Assembly: GCF_964355755.1 (NCBI RefSeq)
Contig: NC_092676.1
Coordinates: 20,416,871 to 20,480,870 of the forward strand
Direction: 5' to 3'
DNA from: Antedon mediterranea
Lineage: Eukaryota > Animalia > Echinodermata
Length of the DNA stretch: 64,000 nucleotides
This document shows, piece by piece, positions 52,270-64,000 of this stretch. Position 1 is the first letter of the stretch. Every line of letters begins with the position of its first letter. Both the position numbers and the translations under genes were made by a program. The notes under the pieces are model-generated. The model ran no database searches, had not been told where the DNA came from, and was given only the letters and a program-made list of their open reading frames with translations.

Positions 52270-55200
52270 ATGGAAGGCTGTGGTTTAAGTTGTATGAAGT
52301 ATTTATTGTTCGTGTTTAATTTCATAATATGGGTAAGATTTACTATTCCTTCTCCAACCTATACTTCACAATTCATGACCTGTTTAAGAGAACACATCAT
52401 TTAAGAATACACACTACAGCTAGGCATTGATTCTGATTTGTTAAATAATACCAGTGAGATTGACTAAACAATCCGTAGAGGAAGAAGAATTTAAAATAAT
52501 AATTTGCATTCCTTCCTATGTGTATGGTTATCTGTATTCAGTCGAGTTAAATTGATTGTAATGATACCTTTCAGAAGTGTGTAATAAAGTTTCTTTAATT
52601 TGGACTAGCGAAATTCAATTCAATTCAATTCAATTCAATTCAATTTCATGCACAGTAGTAAAATACTGTATATAGCCAAATAATGTAATATAATAGAGCT
52701 GTGTTTCCACTCGAGCGGTTAAGCCAGAGGCGTCGCAAACCATAGCTATATAATCAGCACAGGGTCAAGGCACTCCTCGACCATTGTTCTGGTAATAGAA
52801 CAAGTCTTCTCGGATAAGGAAGGTTCCATGTTCACACCAGGCTTGTGTGCACTTTAAAGAACTCGGTACATCTTTTAGAAGAGCACTGGTGTACTGGTCC
52901 ATTCAGCCCCTATCTTTGTGGACAGACGAACAGGCGCTGTTTTGTGGCAGTATACGACACAAAGAGATTCTTAGAGGAGGAGAAAGATGTGGTACACACC
53001 TGTGCACAATTTAGCCCAGTAGGCTGCAAGTCGCAGGTTATTCACCCATTTATCTTTATAGTCCTTATCGTGAATTGTACCATGATAAAGTTTATTAATT
53101 ATTTGATATTATTTTCATTACCCTAGCTTGGAGGTCTTGGCATGCTTGCTCTTGGTCTCATTTTATATTTTGGAATTGAAGATTGGGTTCCCATTGAAGA
53201 TCTAGCTATGCTGTTGGACAATGATCTTCTCAGAAGCAGTTCGTACATCCTCATTGCAGCTGGTGGCCTTGTCTTTCTTCTTGCTTTCTGTGGGTGTTGT
53301 GGAGCCATCATGGAAAGCAAATGCTTACTTGTTTTCGTAAGTATTAACTAACTACTCTTTCAATTTTGATTGTGTGTTAGCAATGTAATGAGTAGTCCGT
53401 ACAATTTACTTTAGAGTAAGAGAAAACAATCTGTGATCTGAAGGTTGTGGGTTCGAGTCCCACCCAAGAAATACTTTTATTCTCACTGTACAGTATTAAA
53501 GATGTTTTGTACTCCAAAATTATGAGAAATAAAGATTTATAAAATCAGACTTTTAGTAGTCCATTTTGCAGTATTAATGAAGTTATACACTTCCATAGGA
53601 AAAAAAAAGGATTTTACTTATAAAAGACAAAATTAACAGTTAAATTTCACCAAAAACCCATTGACTTCCATTCAATTTGACTATTTTTTGCGTTAAATTG
53701 TAGGTTGTTGGGTAAATGTGTTTTTTTCGATCCAATTTTTGGTCAAAGTGAATAACTGTTTTGTGACAGTAAAATGGCATATTCAACAACAAAAATTAAA
53801 AAAATAATTTTTCCAGGGGGTACAATACATCACACAGTACAATGTACTTCGCAATAGGAAACAAAATCTGACCAATTCAATTCACAGTAGTTTTAATGTT
53901 ATGTTAATTTGCATCTACTCTACTAATATTATTTATTTTATCTATTAAAGTATTTCATGATATTGCTCATTGTGTTCTGCGGACAATTGGGAGCTGGCAT
54001 CCTTGCATCTATCTATTCAAACGAAGTTGAGGATGCTATTAATGACGAACTTAAGGATGCATTCAAGGAAACATACGGAAACGATACTGATTTAACTACA
54101 GCATGGCGAACAGCAGAATATATAGTGAGTTAATAATAACGATGATCATAAATTTACAATTGTTTAGCAAATAATGTATAAAGCCTCTACATGCGGTTGA
54201 CACATTAAAATAACATGCTGTACCATCATAAAGAACAGTATGCTTCTTATAAAACTATTTTACCAAAGCATTTGAAATGACACAAATCCTGTCTGTGAAA
54301 AGCTAACCCCTTATTTATCATGAAGGAGTACCACCTTTATAAATATTAATAGATAGATTTATATAGCGCAAATAAATAATGTCTCTATATACACTCGACA
54401 ATAAAGAGAAAGAGTGGAAAACAAAAGGAAGAGAACAAAAAGACAAAAACACCAAGCTAGCACCCAAACCGGAGCATGGAATCCTTACTTGCCATGAAGA
54501 GATTGTTGTCACATTAAACAACCCCTTACCTACCATGAAGTGGTGCTGCCATTAATAGAGTTTGGGTAAACTCACATATACAATACATGTCACAACACGT
54601 ATATGGATACATTTGAATATATATAGCTTTTTATCATTTGGGCAAAATCATTTTACATACCGCTAGAGGGCTAAAGTGGTACTGTCATTAATAGAGAGTT
54701 TGGACAAACTCACATATACATGTCACAACACGTATATGATACATTTGAAATTAAAGCTTTTTATCATTTGGGCAAAATAATTTTACGTACCATATTAGAG
54801 GGCTAAAGTGGTACTGTCAGTAATCTAGAGTTTGGGCAAACTCACATATACATATCCGTGTCACAACACGTATATGGATACGTTCGAATTTATATAGCTT
54901 TTTTATTTGGCCAAATCGTTTTATGTACTGTTAAAGGGCTAAAGTGGTACTGTCAGTAATAGCAATAACCTCTTACCTACCATCAAGGGGGTGATTACTT
55001 TGTCATATGTGGTAGAATGAACAACTCCAACATGACCAGAATTTGTACTGGTTTTAAAACTACTGGAGTAGGGGTGGGGAAAGATACCCGCTCTGTGGCT
55101 AGTATTTTTTTTGGTATATTCTAAATGACATTACAATATTAATAATGTTTTTTTTTGTAAACCCATAGTTGGATTGCTGTGGATATGAAGGATATGAAGA

Positions 55201-58200
55201 TTATGCAAAGCCAACGACAGCTGATGTTTATTCATTATACCAATTTTATGACAAGAAAAATGGTTTCGATGTTTTCCCTGAAAGTTGTTGTGTTGGGGCT
55301 ACAGATGAGGAAGGCTCTGCTCCCAATCCAGAAGAATGCAAAGTTAACGGTTTTAATTCAGTTGTATGTATTATATATTATTTTTCAATGTCACTGTTAG
55401 TCTCCTTAACAACTCATAAAACCAGACAAGGTTTCACAATAGTGAAAAGCAGACTGGTTATGGTAAACAGTTTGAGAATAATGTACATACAGTATATAAA
55501 TTTTGAATGAAATATGGAATAAACTCTAAAGGCCAATTTACACAGATGAGTGGTAACAGTAATAAAAATATAGAATCTATGTTACGACCATTACACAAAA
55601 TGTGGAGAGGTCAGTTTCCACTCAGGATAGATACAGATTCTACGTGGGACAAGCTGCGAGGTATTCCGCTTAGAGTTACCACTCGTCTGTGAAAATTGGC
55701 CTCTAATGTCCAACAACATACTAAAAACTAGAAAGCCACTCCGAGAGGGCATACCTCCGCCTACTGTAAAATTCTCCTACATAAGATTTTTCCGGTAAAA
55801 AAAAAAAATATATATTTTTAGTAATGCTGTTTGTGATTTAGGCTAATTTCATTACAAGCATGTGTATGCGAGTTTGGTGTAATGGTTATGTAACAAGCCT
55901 TTCAATTAACAATAGCTTCAGTCGACTAACAATAGAACAGCAACGCGAAAATCAAACGAGTGAATTTGAAAAGAAATAGGTTTTTTAAACTACCCGCATC
56001 AAAAAACGTGCACATTAAATCAGATTATGTTTTAAAATTACAAATCACAAATTATAACTCTTGCCTCTTGTTAAAAAATGAAGTTTTTTGGACAAGTAGT
56101 TCTCGAGAAAATGCAATTTCAGTTTACTTGTTACTTTAAGACTGCTCGCCAGCTTTTGAAAAATTCTGTCCTATCTTTTAACACTAGCAGGTCTGAAAAT
56201 AATTTAAACACTGCAAATTAATAAAGATCAAATTAAATATACGCCATAAACAATTGGAATATATTGTGGGGAATAGTATTATAAAATTACATAGGGAGAT
56301 TTGATGATAAGACATTTTGTTTAAAATCGAGTGAAATCCCGATAGCTGAGATTTATTGAGTAAACTGGCAGGAATAACTGTAGGCTATCTTCCTGTGTCC
56401 CGTTAGGACCGAGATGTCTGCCCATGTTGCAAGCCGTAATGTCTTCTTTCTTGGGCCCAGTCTGTCACGGCAGTTAGTTTCAAAAGATGATTAAATTAAA
56501 TAATGTATTAATAATTATTAGGATGGTATTTATTTGAATAAACGCCTCTCCAATAAAACATCACTTTGAATAATAATCCCACCCCCCCCCCCAACCCAAC
56601 TATCTAATAAACGTCCATCCACATTTATAATAACACAATTATAAAATTTGTAGTAGAATTCACCGCACTGTTATCTACAATTTACCAAGCATTTGTTATT
56701 CTTTTTTACCACTTTTCATATCTATTGGAGGATTTCATTTGATTATAAATGTTACCATATTATTAAAACTAAAAAATATCCCTCGAAATAAGCACCTCCC
56801 TCAAATGAACTCCACCTCCCCAAAGGGCCCTACCAAACAATAAAAACTATACTGTAAAATGTTATTAATCATCTAAAACACTGTGAAACAGAGTAGTTTA
56901 GTTTTACGAATTTCAATAATGGTAACCTACAGAAAACGTATAAAGGGGAACATTAACATTCCGAGAACCATCGTCTACACTTCCTAGAGGGGGAGCAAGC
57001 GAAGCGAGCTCTAGTATTAATGAAGCATAAACAAACAGTGTTGTAATTAGCGCCTTGAGCACTTTTAGTGGATATGTGCGCTATATAAATTGTTATATTA
57101 TTATTATATTATTAGGCTAGTAGTCTAGTACTAGCTTCGCTGAAAGGCAAAACTTCGACAGACAATTGGAACTTATCTAGTAGGCTAATTATGGTTTTTC
57201 CAACAATTCCACTTGTCTCTTGTAGGGATGTCCCCATTAATTAATCAAAATCTTTAAAACGATCTAAAGCTAATTTAAATGCCTTTTTGAATGAAATTAG
57301 TACATATATATGTCCAAATCGTACACAAAAATCTGTTGCCCGCGGTGGTGTTTACAAACGAAACTCAGACCAGACGACAGGTGGTGCTGTTGTATTTCAC
57401 AGTACAGAGCCGGCCATATTACAAATGCAGTATATCTAACATTTAATTTGTATACAGTACTAGATTTTTTTTCATCAGCGAAACGTGTTTTTTTTTTCGT
57501 ACACAAAATAAAAATGTTTAAAAGAGAAACGAAACCGAAGCCAGACAACGGGTGGCGCTGTTGTATTTCACAGTACACAGTCATATTACAGTATATCTCA
57601 AATTTAGGGTAATTAGTTTTCTAGATTTTTTTTCATCCGCGAAACGTTTTTTTTTTCGTACACAAAAATGTTTCAAAAAGTACTATTTAACGATCGTTGA
57701 ATAGTGCGTACTATTGCACTCCATGTGACCCACATTCGTCCAATCAAATGACAGGAATTTATTTAGGTGTAATATAAATACATATAATTAATAGCATTGT
57801 AAATAATAATAATAATAATTGTGTTCATGTATCACTGAAAGAAGAATTTCAGAGTATGCATTAATTTTCTTCTTTTTTTTTCTATTACATTTTAGGGTTG
57901 CCGAGTGGAAATAGAAAACTTAATTGATGATTACATTGTGTTTATTGGCGCTGGCGCAATTGGGGTTGCATGTGTTGAGGTAAGAAAGGATATAATATCC
58001 GGTTTGAGTTTTATCTAAGCTAGTTAAGCTTCAGGGTGATAATAAATACTGCAGTTTAAATAAGTACAGCATTGTATCTTCAAATGATAAATAGTAGGAA
58101 CAATTTTAGAAATACTAAATTGCTCTTAAACTAAAAAAAAAAGTGATAAATACTGAGGACAAGGCTGACCAATCATAACTTTGATCTAACCAAAGGTTGT

Positions 58201-58661
58201 CATGTTTTTGGTGTTTTTTGTTTGTTTTTAAAGATGTATTCTTAAAAAATTTGTTGTTGAATATGCTACATAATAGTAATATTAATACAGTAATAATTAA
58301 ATTTGACAAAAAATGGGATCGAAAACAACAATTTATTTACCTGAAAAATGTAATTTTAAAGCACAAATATGCAAATTGACAGCCAGTTATGGGTTTTTGT
58401 ATTAATTCAACCATTTATTTTGTCATTTTATATGTAAACACATTTTTGTTTCTACATAAGTGATTAGATTTATTAAAATTACAAAATAACCTATTCAAGG
58501 GAGAGTGGGACAATACATCTTTAAATTGAGCATTATTTAAATGATGATATCAACATTGCATGGACTGATTTGTTCTAAACGTTGTGTTTTATTATTTCTT
58601 TCAGCTCTTCTGCATGCTCTTTGCAATATGCTTGTGCCGAAATGCGGGAGAATCGGATTAA
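52270..58661 (+). CDS. Tetraspanin (6-Cys large loop), 260 aa, 6 coding exons
   Basis: Exons 52270-52332 (MEGCGLSCMKYLLFVFNFIIW), 53127-53336 (...FCGCCGAIMESKCLL), 53951-54124, 55169-55363 (LDCCG...FPESCC...EEC), 57896-57979 (GCRVEI...), 58605-58661 (LFCMLFAICLCRNAGESD*). Four TM segments plus CCG and PxSCC motifs. Confidence 0.95.
52698..52900 (+). mobile_element. Second Deu/Nin-like SINE copy
   Basis: Shares ttctggt..agaac.agtcttctcgga...tgtgcac...ttaaagaac with 22797-22995. Confidence 0.55.
54538..54962. repeat. ~134-bp tandem repeat, ~3 copies
   Basis: aagtggt(a/g)ctg recurs at ~54538, 54674, 54806 and 54941. Confidence 0.85.
55531..55701. mobile_element. Harbinger-like MITE, same family as 31837-32000
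   Basis: ggccaatttacacagatgagtggtaac / gttaccactcgtctgtgaaaattggcc. Confidence 0.75.
55726..57014. mobile_element. Helitron/Helentron-like remnant(s)
   Basis: Left end aactagaaagccactccgagagggcatacctccgcc (minus-strand hairpin+CTAG end); right end ctagag..agcaagcgaagcgagctCTAGt, similar to the 7317 terminus. May be two elements. Confidence 0.45.
57340..57670. repeat. ~180-bp direct duplication
   Basis: ccagac.ac.ggtgg.gctgttgtatttcacagtaca...ctagattttttttcatc.gcgaaacg occurs twice. Confidence 0.8.
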
Positions 58662-61273
58662 GTCAACATCATCACACAGCATTAGTCAATGGGGAGACAT
58701 TTAAGGCACACAAAAGGGACTCGTTTTTATTATTACAGGATTTTATTTTTTTATGTTATAACAATCGGTGTTTTTTTTAAGGCTTTCTTTGTATAGATAG
58801 CATGTTTAGTATGTAAATATATATATTGGTTAGAGAATACGTTAGTGTACTTTTCTGTATATATATATAATGTTTGAGCTACCAAATTTGACTGTAATTT
58901 TGTAAGGAAAAGGGGCTGACAATGCTGAAGGTTTTAACCATACATGCAAGGCTGATTTATCTTTGTTTTCTTCCTCCAAAACAGATTTTTGATACAATTT
59001 CCATAATATTACATAATTTGCAATGGGTGGTATTTCATTTCACATTTTTCATACAGTATTCAAAAGGAACAATTTTAGTTTGTTTTAAGCCAGTAAATTA
59101 TTATCGTATTTGAAAAATTAATTTCATCGAGTAACTAAATAAAAAAGAATCACTTTGTATCTTACAATGTTTGGAAGGGTTACTTGGGTAAATAACTGTG
59201 TGTGGAGTATTTATGTCATTGTTATAGATGTTATTGATCTTTCGTTTTCGTGATGTGCCACGCGACAACACGGCTGTTGAGTCAAAAAGTCATTCTATGT
59301 ATGCACCGAGCGACTCTCTACTCTGTGTAATCGAGTGAAAGTCGTGAAAATGAAAGCGCCTTAATAACCTACTTGTAAATACCCATACCTCAACCATTTT
59401 AAATGGAATATACTATAAAGAAAACGCTGTGAACAAATTTCTTATGCAATGAACAATTTTGTAGGCAATTGCTAACAAAACATATTTGCATTTTGTTTGA
59501 AACTTGTTGTTATATCCAGAAAAATAATCCTGATTTATTTCATATACCATATACAATTTTATTCGAATATAGTGTTCCTTTTATTCGTCAGATTTTAGTT
59601 TAAATTAATTGTAAGAAAACGAAGGTTAGATATACTTTTCTTGTAGAAAAATACTAGATGTATTTGTATATTTTGGTAAACAAAAGTGTCTTATTTGGTG
59701 AAGGTATTTTAGTATAATAATTTTATTTTAATAATGTTTAAAATTTGTTATCATTCCATTTATAGTTATCAAATAATAACATTTCCTTGTCTGATTCTGT
59801 AGTTTTTATATTAATTATGTGCAAAAATCTTGTTAGTTAAACATTTTCAATCATTTTGGTTTTTTCTTAATTAGCATTGTTTTTGCGCTAGTTTAATATT
59901 ATTTTTTTTCTTTATAAAATTGACAGTGGCCATATTCACCAATTACACTTAAGTGAGGAGGTATACTAAGTATTTCACTTAAGTCAATACATATTTATGA
60001 ATTTCCCTTAAGTGTTATTTACTTTATCCAATGTACTGTGGCCATATTCACAATCACACTTAAGTGAAATATACAGAGTATTTCACTTAAGTCAATAAAT
60101 ATTTAAGAATTTCCCTTAAGTGGTATTCATATAGGAAATTTTTAATATGAAGAATATGTTTTTGCTTTAGCCTAAGAGTGAATGGTAAATACAACCACGG
60201 ATTCCTAGTAGTTGTTGATTGGTTAATTAAAGCAGTATTTTACTAGTATTCCATATATGGTTGCAGGCTACAATATAACACTTTAACATACATTATAAGA
60301 GCTTAATTCAAAGCACGTCGTTTGTGGTGTACTGACGTAATTATATTAAATAATACTTTATTTTTTGTAGTGTTTGTTATAAAGAATGGAAATACCACAA
60401 GAGTAATGATAGAGCCAAACCACAATTTGGTGGAATTGATGAGTTTAAAAAAAAAATGCATTTCAAACACTTTGGAGCTGTTTATTTTCTTGCTCGTATA
60501 TTTATTTTTGTACTAAAGTTATACAGTTAGTCTTTTTAAAAGTATACCTAATATTGTGTTGTATTTCTCTATATTTAATTACTTTTTCTATTTTCTTTCT
60601 ATTTATACTATTTGTACTATTTTTCTATCGAATCAACAAGGGTGAATAAATGTTCTATTTACATTATAAATTTGATTTCTTTCTTAATGTGTTTTAGATG
60701 AATTATTGTTTTCTCCCAAAATAATTAGTGTTATAAAATAAGAAAAGATTGAACTGTTAATTATTGTTTTGAGAGTACAATCATGTATTGCAATTGCATG
60801 TTGTATTCTTTTTAAAAAGGATATTTTGTAATGGAACCTAGTAGGACTGTATGTGGATGTGGGGTGTGTTTTGGTTGGCGGATCGCATGCGCTCGGGTCA
60901 ACCTACTACCGTACGGGAGAATCTGGTCTTAGAGATCTTCTCCAATTTCTTTTAAAATGTGTTAAAATGCAATTTAACATCAATTTTACTACAGTATATT
61001 CAAAATACTGTAAGAATAAAAGAGTCGTTAGTAGGGCTTCAGGGGTCACTCATAATAGAGTATGGTGCTGTGTTACAATTAAGAATATTCTTCGATATCG
61101 GGTGATTATCTCACTCGGATAGTTAATACTGTAACAGGTTGTCCTTTTTCGACATGCTTTGTTGTTTAAAACCATAATAATGCTTTAGTTCAAATATCTA
61201 TATTCATAATGTATACTGCAGACACCATTGGTAACATAATATAAATACAATTGCTGTAGAAGGATTTGTAACA

Positions 61274-63837
61274 ATGTTTTTCACCCATCGATTAATTGGT
61301 ATTTCAATACTGATGATCGTTACGATATTTCGAATACACGTAAGTATCAACCGTCTTAACTATTTCTACCAGGTGTAAATACCGGCTAAAAATCCTCTGC
61401 AGCTCTCATTTAGACTGCAGACGAACACCAGTTTGGTGTTCGGGTTTGAGGAATGTTTAAATTTAATTGAATGTTTAAGTAAGACCAAGGTAAGTTTAAC
61501 GGGTTCGGCTGCAATATATAAGGTAAACCTGAATAAGTCCTTGTAGGCTTATTACTATTAGTGATATATAAGGTAAACCTGAATAAGTCCTTGTAGGCTT
61601 ATTACTATTAGTGATATATAAGGTAAACCCGAATAAGTCCTTGTAGGCTTATTACTATTAGTGATATATAAGGTAAACCCGAATAAGTCCTTGTAGGCTT
61701 ATTACTATTAGTGATATATAAGGTAAACCCGAATAAGTCCTTGTAGGCTTATTACTATTAGTGATATATAAGGTAAACCCGAATAAGTCCTTGTAGGCTT
61801 ATTACTATTAGTGATATCTTTTGTACAAGTAGGCCTATAGGAATACCGCACTACCAGTAAAAGCCGTAGTATAGGCATATGCAGTGAAACATAGAGAAAA
61901 ACGGTATGAATCTATGGCCGTGTTTCCCCAGCCAAAAAATAACCGAAAAAAACTTCATGTGGTGGAAACGGGGTTTAACTGATTCCGCTCGAGAAAAATT
62001 ATAATAATAATAATGATCTTATTCAAATCAGATAATTATCGGTTAATTTTTATCGGTTAATTTTTATCGGTTAATTATCGGTTAATTTTTGGCTGCGGAA
62101 ACACGGACTATAATCAATTGATTCTTTTCTTGACAGTGTTTGTGGTTACCATCAATCGAATCATCAGACGCCCACGATCAAAACGGTTGGCTTTTAATTT
62201 TATATTTGCAACTTTTGTAAACTTTTATTTCAATAAATTTGTGTTATTATCTGCTGTTAGCCTACAATCTTGATTGATTAATGTCATTGAGAAAAGAAAA
62301 ATTAACGTTAATTTGATTTGCTTACTTACTTTATTTAGGCCCTAATATAGGCCTACATCATGTCTAAAAGATGGGCCTACTGTGGGAAAGATTGTCTAAA
62401 AGGCCCACTGAAAGAAATGTTGTCAGCATCAGCAGTAACAGTTTTTTTATATATTTATTTCAAGATAAATTCGGAAACAACGATTTGGTGGAATTGTTTG
62501 GAAGTGATAAACATCAAAGAGATGGACAGTCAGAACAAGAACATTTTGTAAAAACATTGATCGTTACAGACGATGAAATGACCAGTTTCCATGGTGATGG
62601 TTTGGAAACGTATCTGTCAACACTTATTAGTATGGTAAATTACGTCACGTCTTAAGTTTTATTAATAATTAGTTGTATTGTCGCGAGAAAACAATTTCAA
62701 GATATTTTATAGGCACCGTAACATTTAGAAGATTCATCTATACTTCTAGTGGCAGTGCTTCTACTTTTCTGATATTAAGTCTGTAGATTAAAACTAGCAT
62801 TGCCTATTTCATGTTAGGTTTCGACTTTGTACAAATCACCGATATTGGAAAACAGCGCCACAATACGGTTTGTAAAATGGATTCAACTAGAACATATGCA
62901 GGTAAGGACCTATTTCTTATAAAGAGCTAAAACATTTTCGATTGCTCATTCAAGAAATTAGAGTAAGATTACTTTATAATAATATGATGGTGACACGGTC
63001 TTGCAGAATACAACTATATGTCAGTGATTCCTGTTGGTAACATCTCCGGTAGAGTGCACTGCAGATCATGTAGCTGACACTAGACTCTATGTGACAGACT
63101 ATGCCAGTCATCTAGAAAATAGTCTACCTGTATTAAGTACTTTTAATACACGATATCTGTCACTAGGTAGACACACATCGTCATACTGTACATAATAATA
63201 GTATATTACAATTATTAATAACCTGACAACATTATTTTTGTTTAGGATGGTTTTGTTGTAGGCTATGAAGCATCTGATACACTTAGACAATTTTGTGATT
63301 GGCAGTTCAACGTATTGCATATAGACCTAAATGAAACAACACCCGACATTGATGTTGCTGTTCTTCTAACTAGGTAGGCAGATGACAAATGCGATTAACT
63401 GAGTTGAAGACCATTTAGCTTCGTACCAAGACACCAGACGCTACGCATTCTGTTTAAACGTATCATTAATTTAGTGTTTCCAGGCATTCTGTGTGTTTCT
63501 CTTTTATTTTATACTTTGTCCACTACAGGTTTGTGGTTTCAAGCGTTTTGTAACGTTATTTACACATTAATTTAAGGTTTTATTCTATTGTATCCTTCAC
63601 TTCTATTTTCATATAATTAACCTTACGTAAAAGTATACTAAATTGAATTTACGCTTCTTCACGTTTCTTCAGACACGACATAGGAAAATCAGAAACACAT
63701 AACGGAAGCGTTAGACGTATCAACATGTTGGGATTGTCCGATAGAGGAGGGGCGTGTAGTACACGTCACAGGTGTATATTGGTGCAAGACAACGGACTTT
63801 CTGCTGCATTTACAATTGCTCATGAAATTGGTCATAG
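61274..63837 (+). CDS. ADAMTS-type (reprolysin M12B) zinc metalloprotease, 5' part; continues beyond the window
   Basis: Exons 61274-61339 (MFFTHRLIGISILMIVTIFRIH), 62137-62185 (CLWLPSIESSDAHDQN), 62465-62634 (...KHQR...HFVKTLIVTDDEMTSFHGDGLETYLSTLISM), 62818-62901 (VSTLYKSPILENS...), 63246-63373 (DTLRQFCDWQ...DVAVLLTR), 63673-63837 (GGACS...CILVQDNGLSAAFTIAHEIGH). All phases are compatible and HExxH is present. The first two exons are less certain than the catalytic ones. Confidence 0.9.
61514..61817. repeat. 50-bp minisatellite, 6 near-perfect copies
   Basis: Unit GATATATAAGGTAAACC(C/T)GAATAAGTCCTTGTAGGCTTATTACTATTAGT. Confidence 0.97.
61915..62109. mobile_element. MITE in ADAMTS intron 1
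   Basis: ggccgtgtttccccagccaaaaa / tttttggctgcggaaacacggac inverted termini; internal TTATCGGTTAAT repeats. Confidence 0.7.
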
Positions 63838-64000
63838 GTAGGTTTCACCATGGGTTTTTTTTATACCTCCATGGTTTCACGAAATCTATAAGAATGATTA
63901 CCTAGGCCTATTTATACAGTATGAAATACGGTGTCGGCGGTTTGTTGGAAAAGGGAATGTATAGGCCTAGGCCTACACAGGCCGTCGTTGTATAAGTAGG

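Noticed and set aside
53420-53470. tRNA gene (GGTTCGAGTCCC T-arm); similar motifs at ~8550-8605, 8830-8885 and 24730-24755
   Set aside because: Only B-box/T-arm fragments with no full cloverleaf; consistent with decayed tRNA-derived SINE heads.
61240-61247. TATA box for the ADAMTS gene
   Set aside because: It would leave almost no 5' UTR before the ATG at 61274, and such words are common in AT-rich DNA.
62680-62790. Possible extra ADAMTS exon or pseudogene segment
   Set aside because: No convincing ADAMTS similarity or donor site; the expected peptide is encoded cleanly by 62818-62901.
1275-63320. Most short ORFs in the supplied track
   Set aside because: Low-complexity translations of AT-rich intron or TE sequence, often with non-ATG starts. 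Only those overlapping the exons listed and the CR1 fragment are meaningful.

Overview
AT-rich (~70%), intron-containing animal genomic DNA, probably an invertebrate deuterostome (taxon is a guess). Nearly all ORF-track entries are spurious. I reconstructed five spliced genes by hand from GT-AG sites and reading frame: (1) PACSIN/syndapin (+, 7446-25068) with up to four candidate phase-2 mini/microexons in the F-BAR/SH3 linker; (2) EMC10 (-, 30431-28449); (3) a phosducin-like 3/TXNDC9-family gene (+, 30624-34043), head-to-head with EMC10; (4) a 6-Cys tetraspanin (+, 52270-58661); (5) the 5' part of an ADAMTS-type metalloprotease (+, 61274 to beyond the window) that appears to lack the normal prodomain and has ADAMTS13-like catalytic signatures. 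Non-coding DNA is full of non-autonomous transposons (Tc1/mariner-, P-, Ginger-, Harbinger-, piggyBac-, Helitron/Helentron-like), SINE/LINE fragments and minisatellites. Best leads: the short-propeptide ADAMTS, a G-U-wobble-rich ~220-nt fold-back between PACSIN microexons, and two classes of apparent transposon excision footprints, shown directly where they interrupt a CR1 reading frame.
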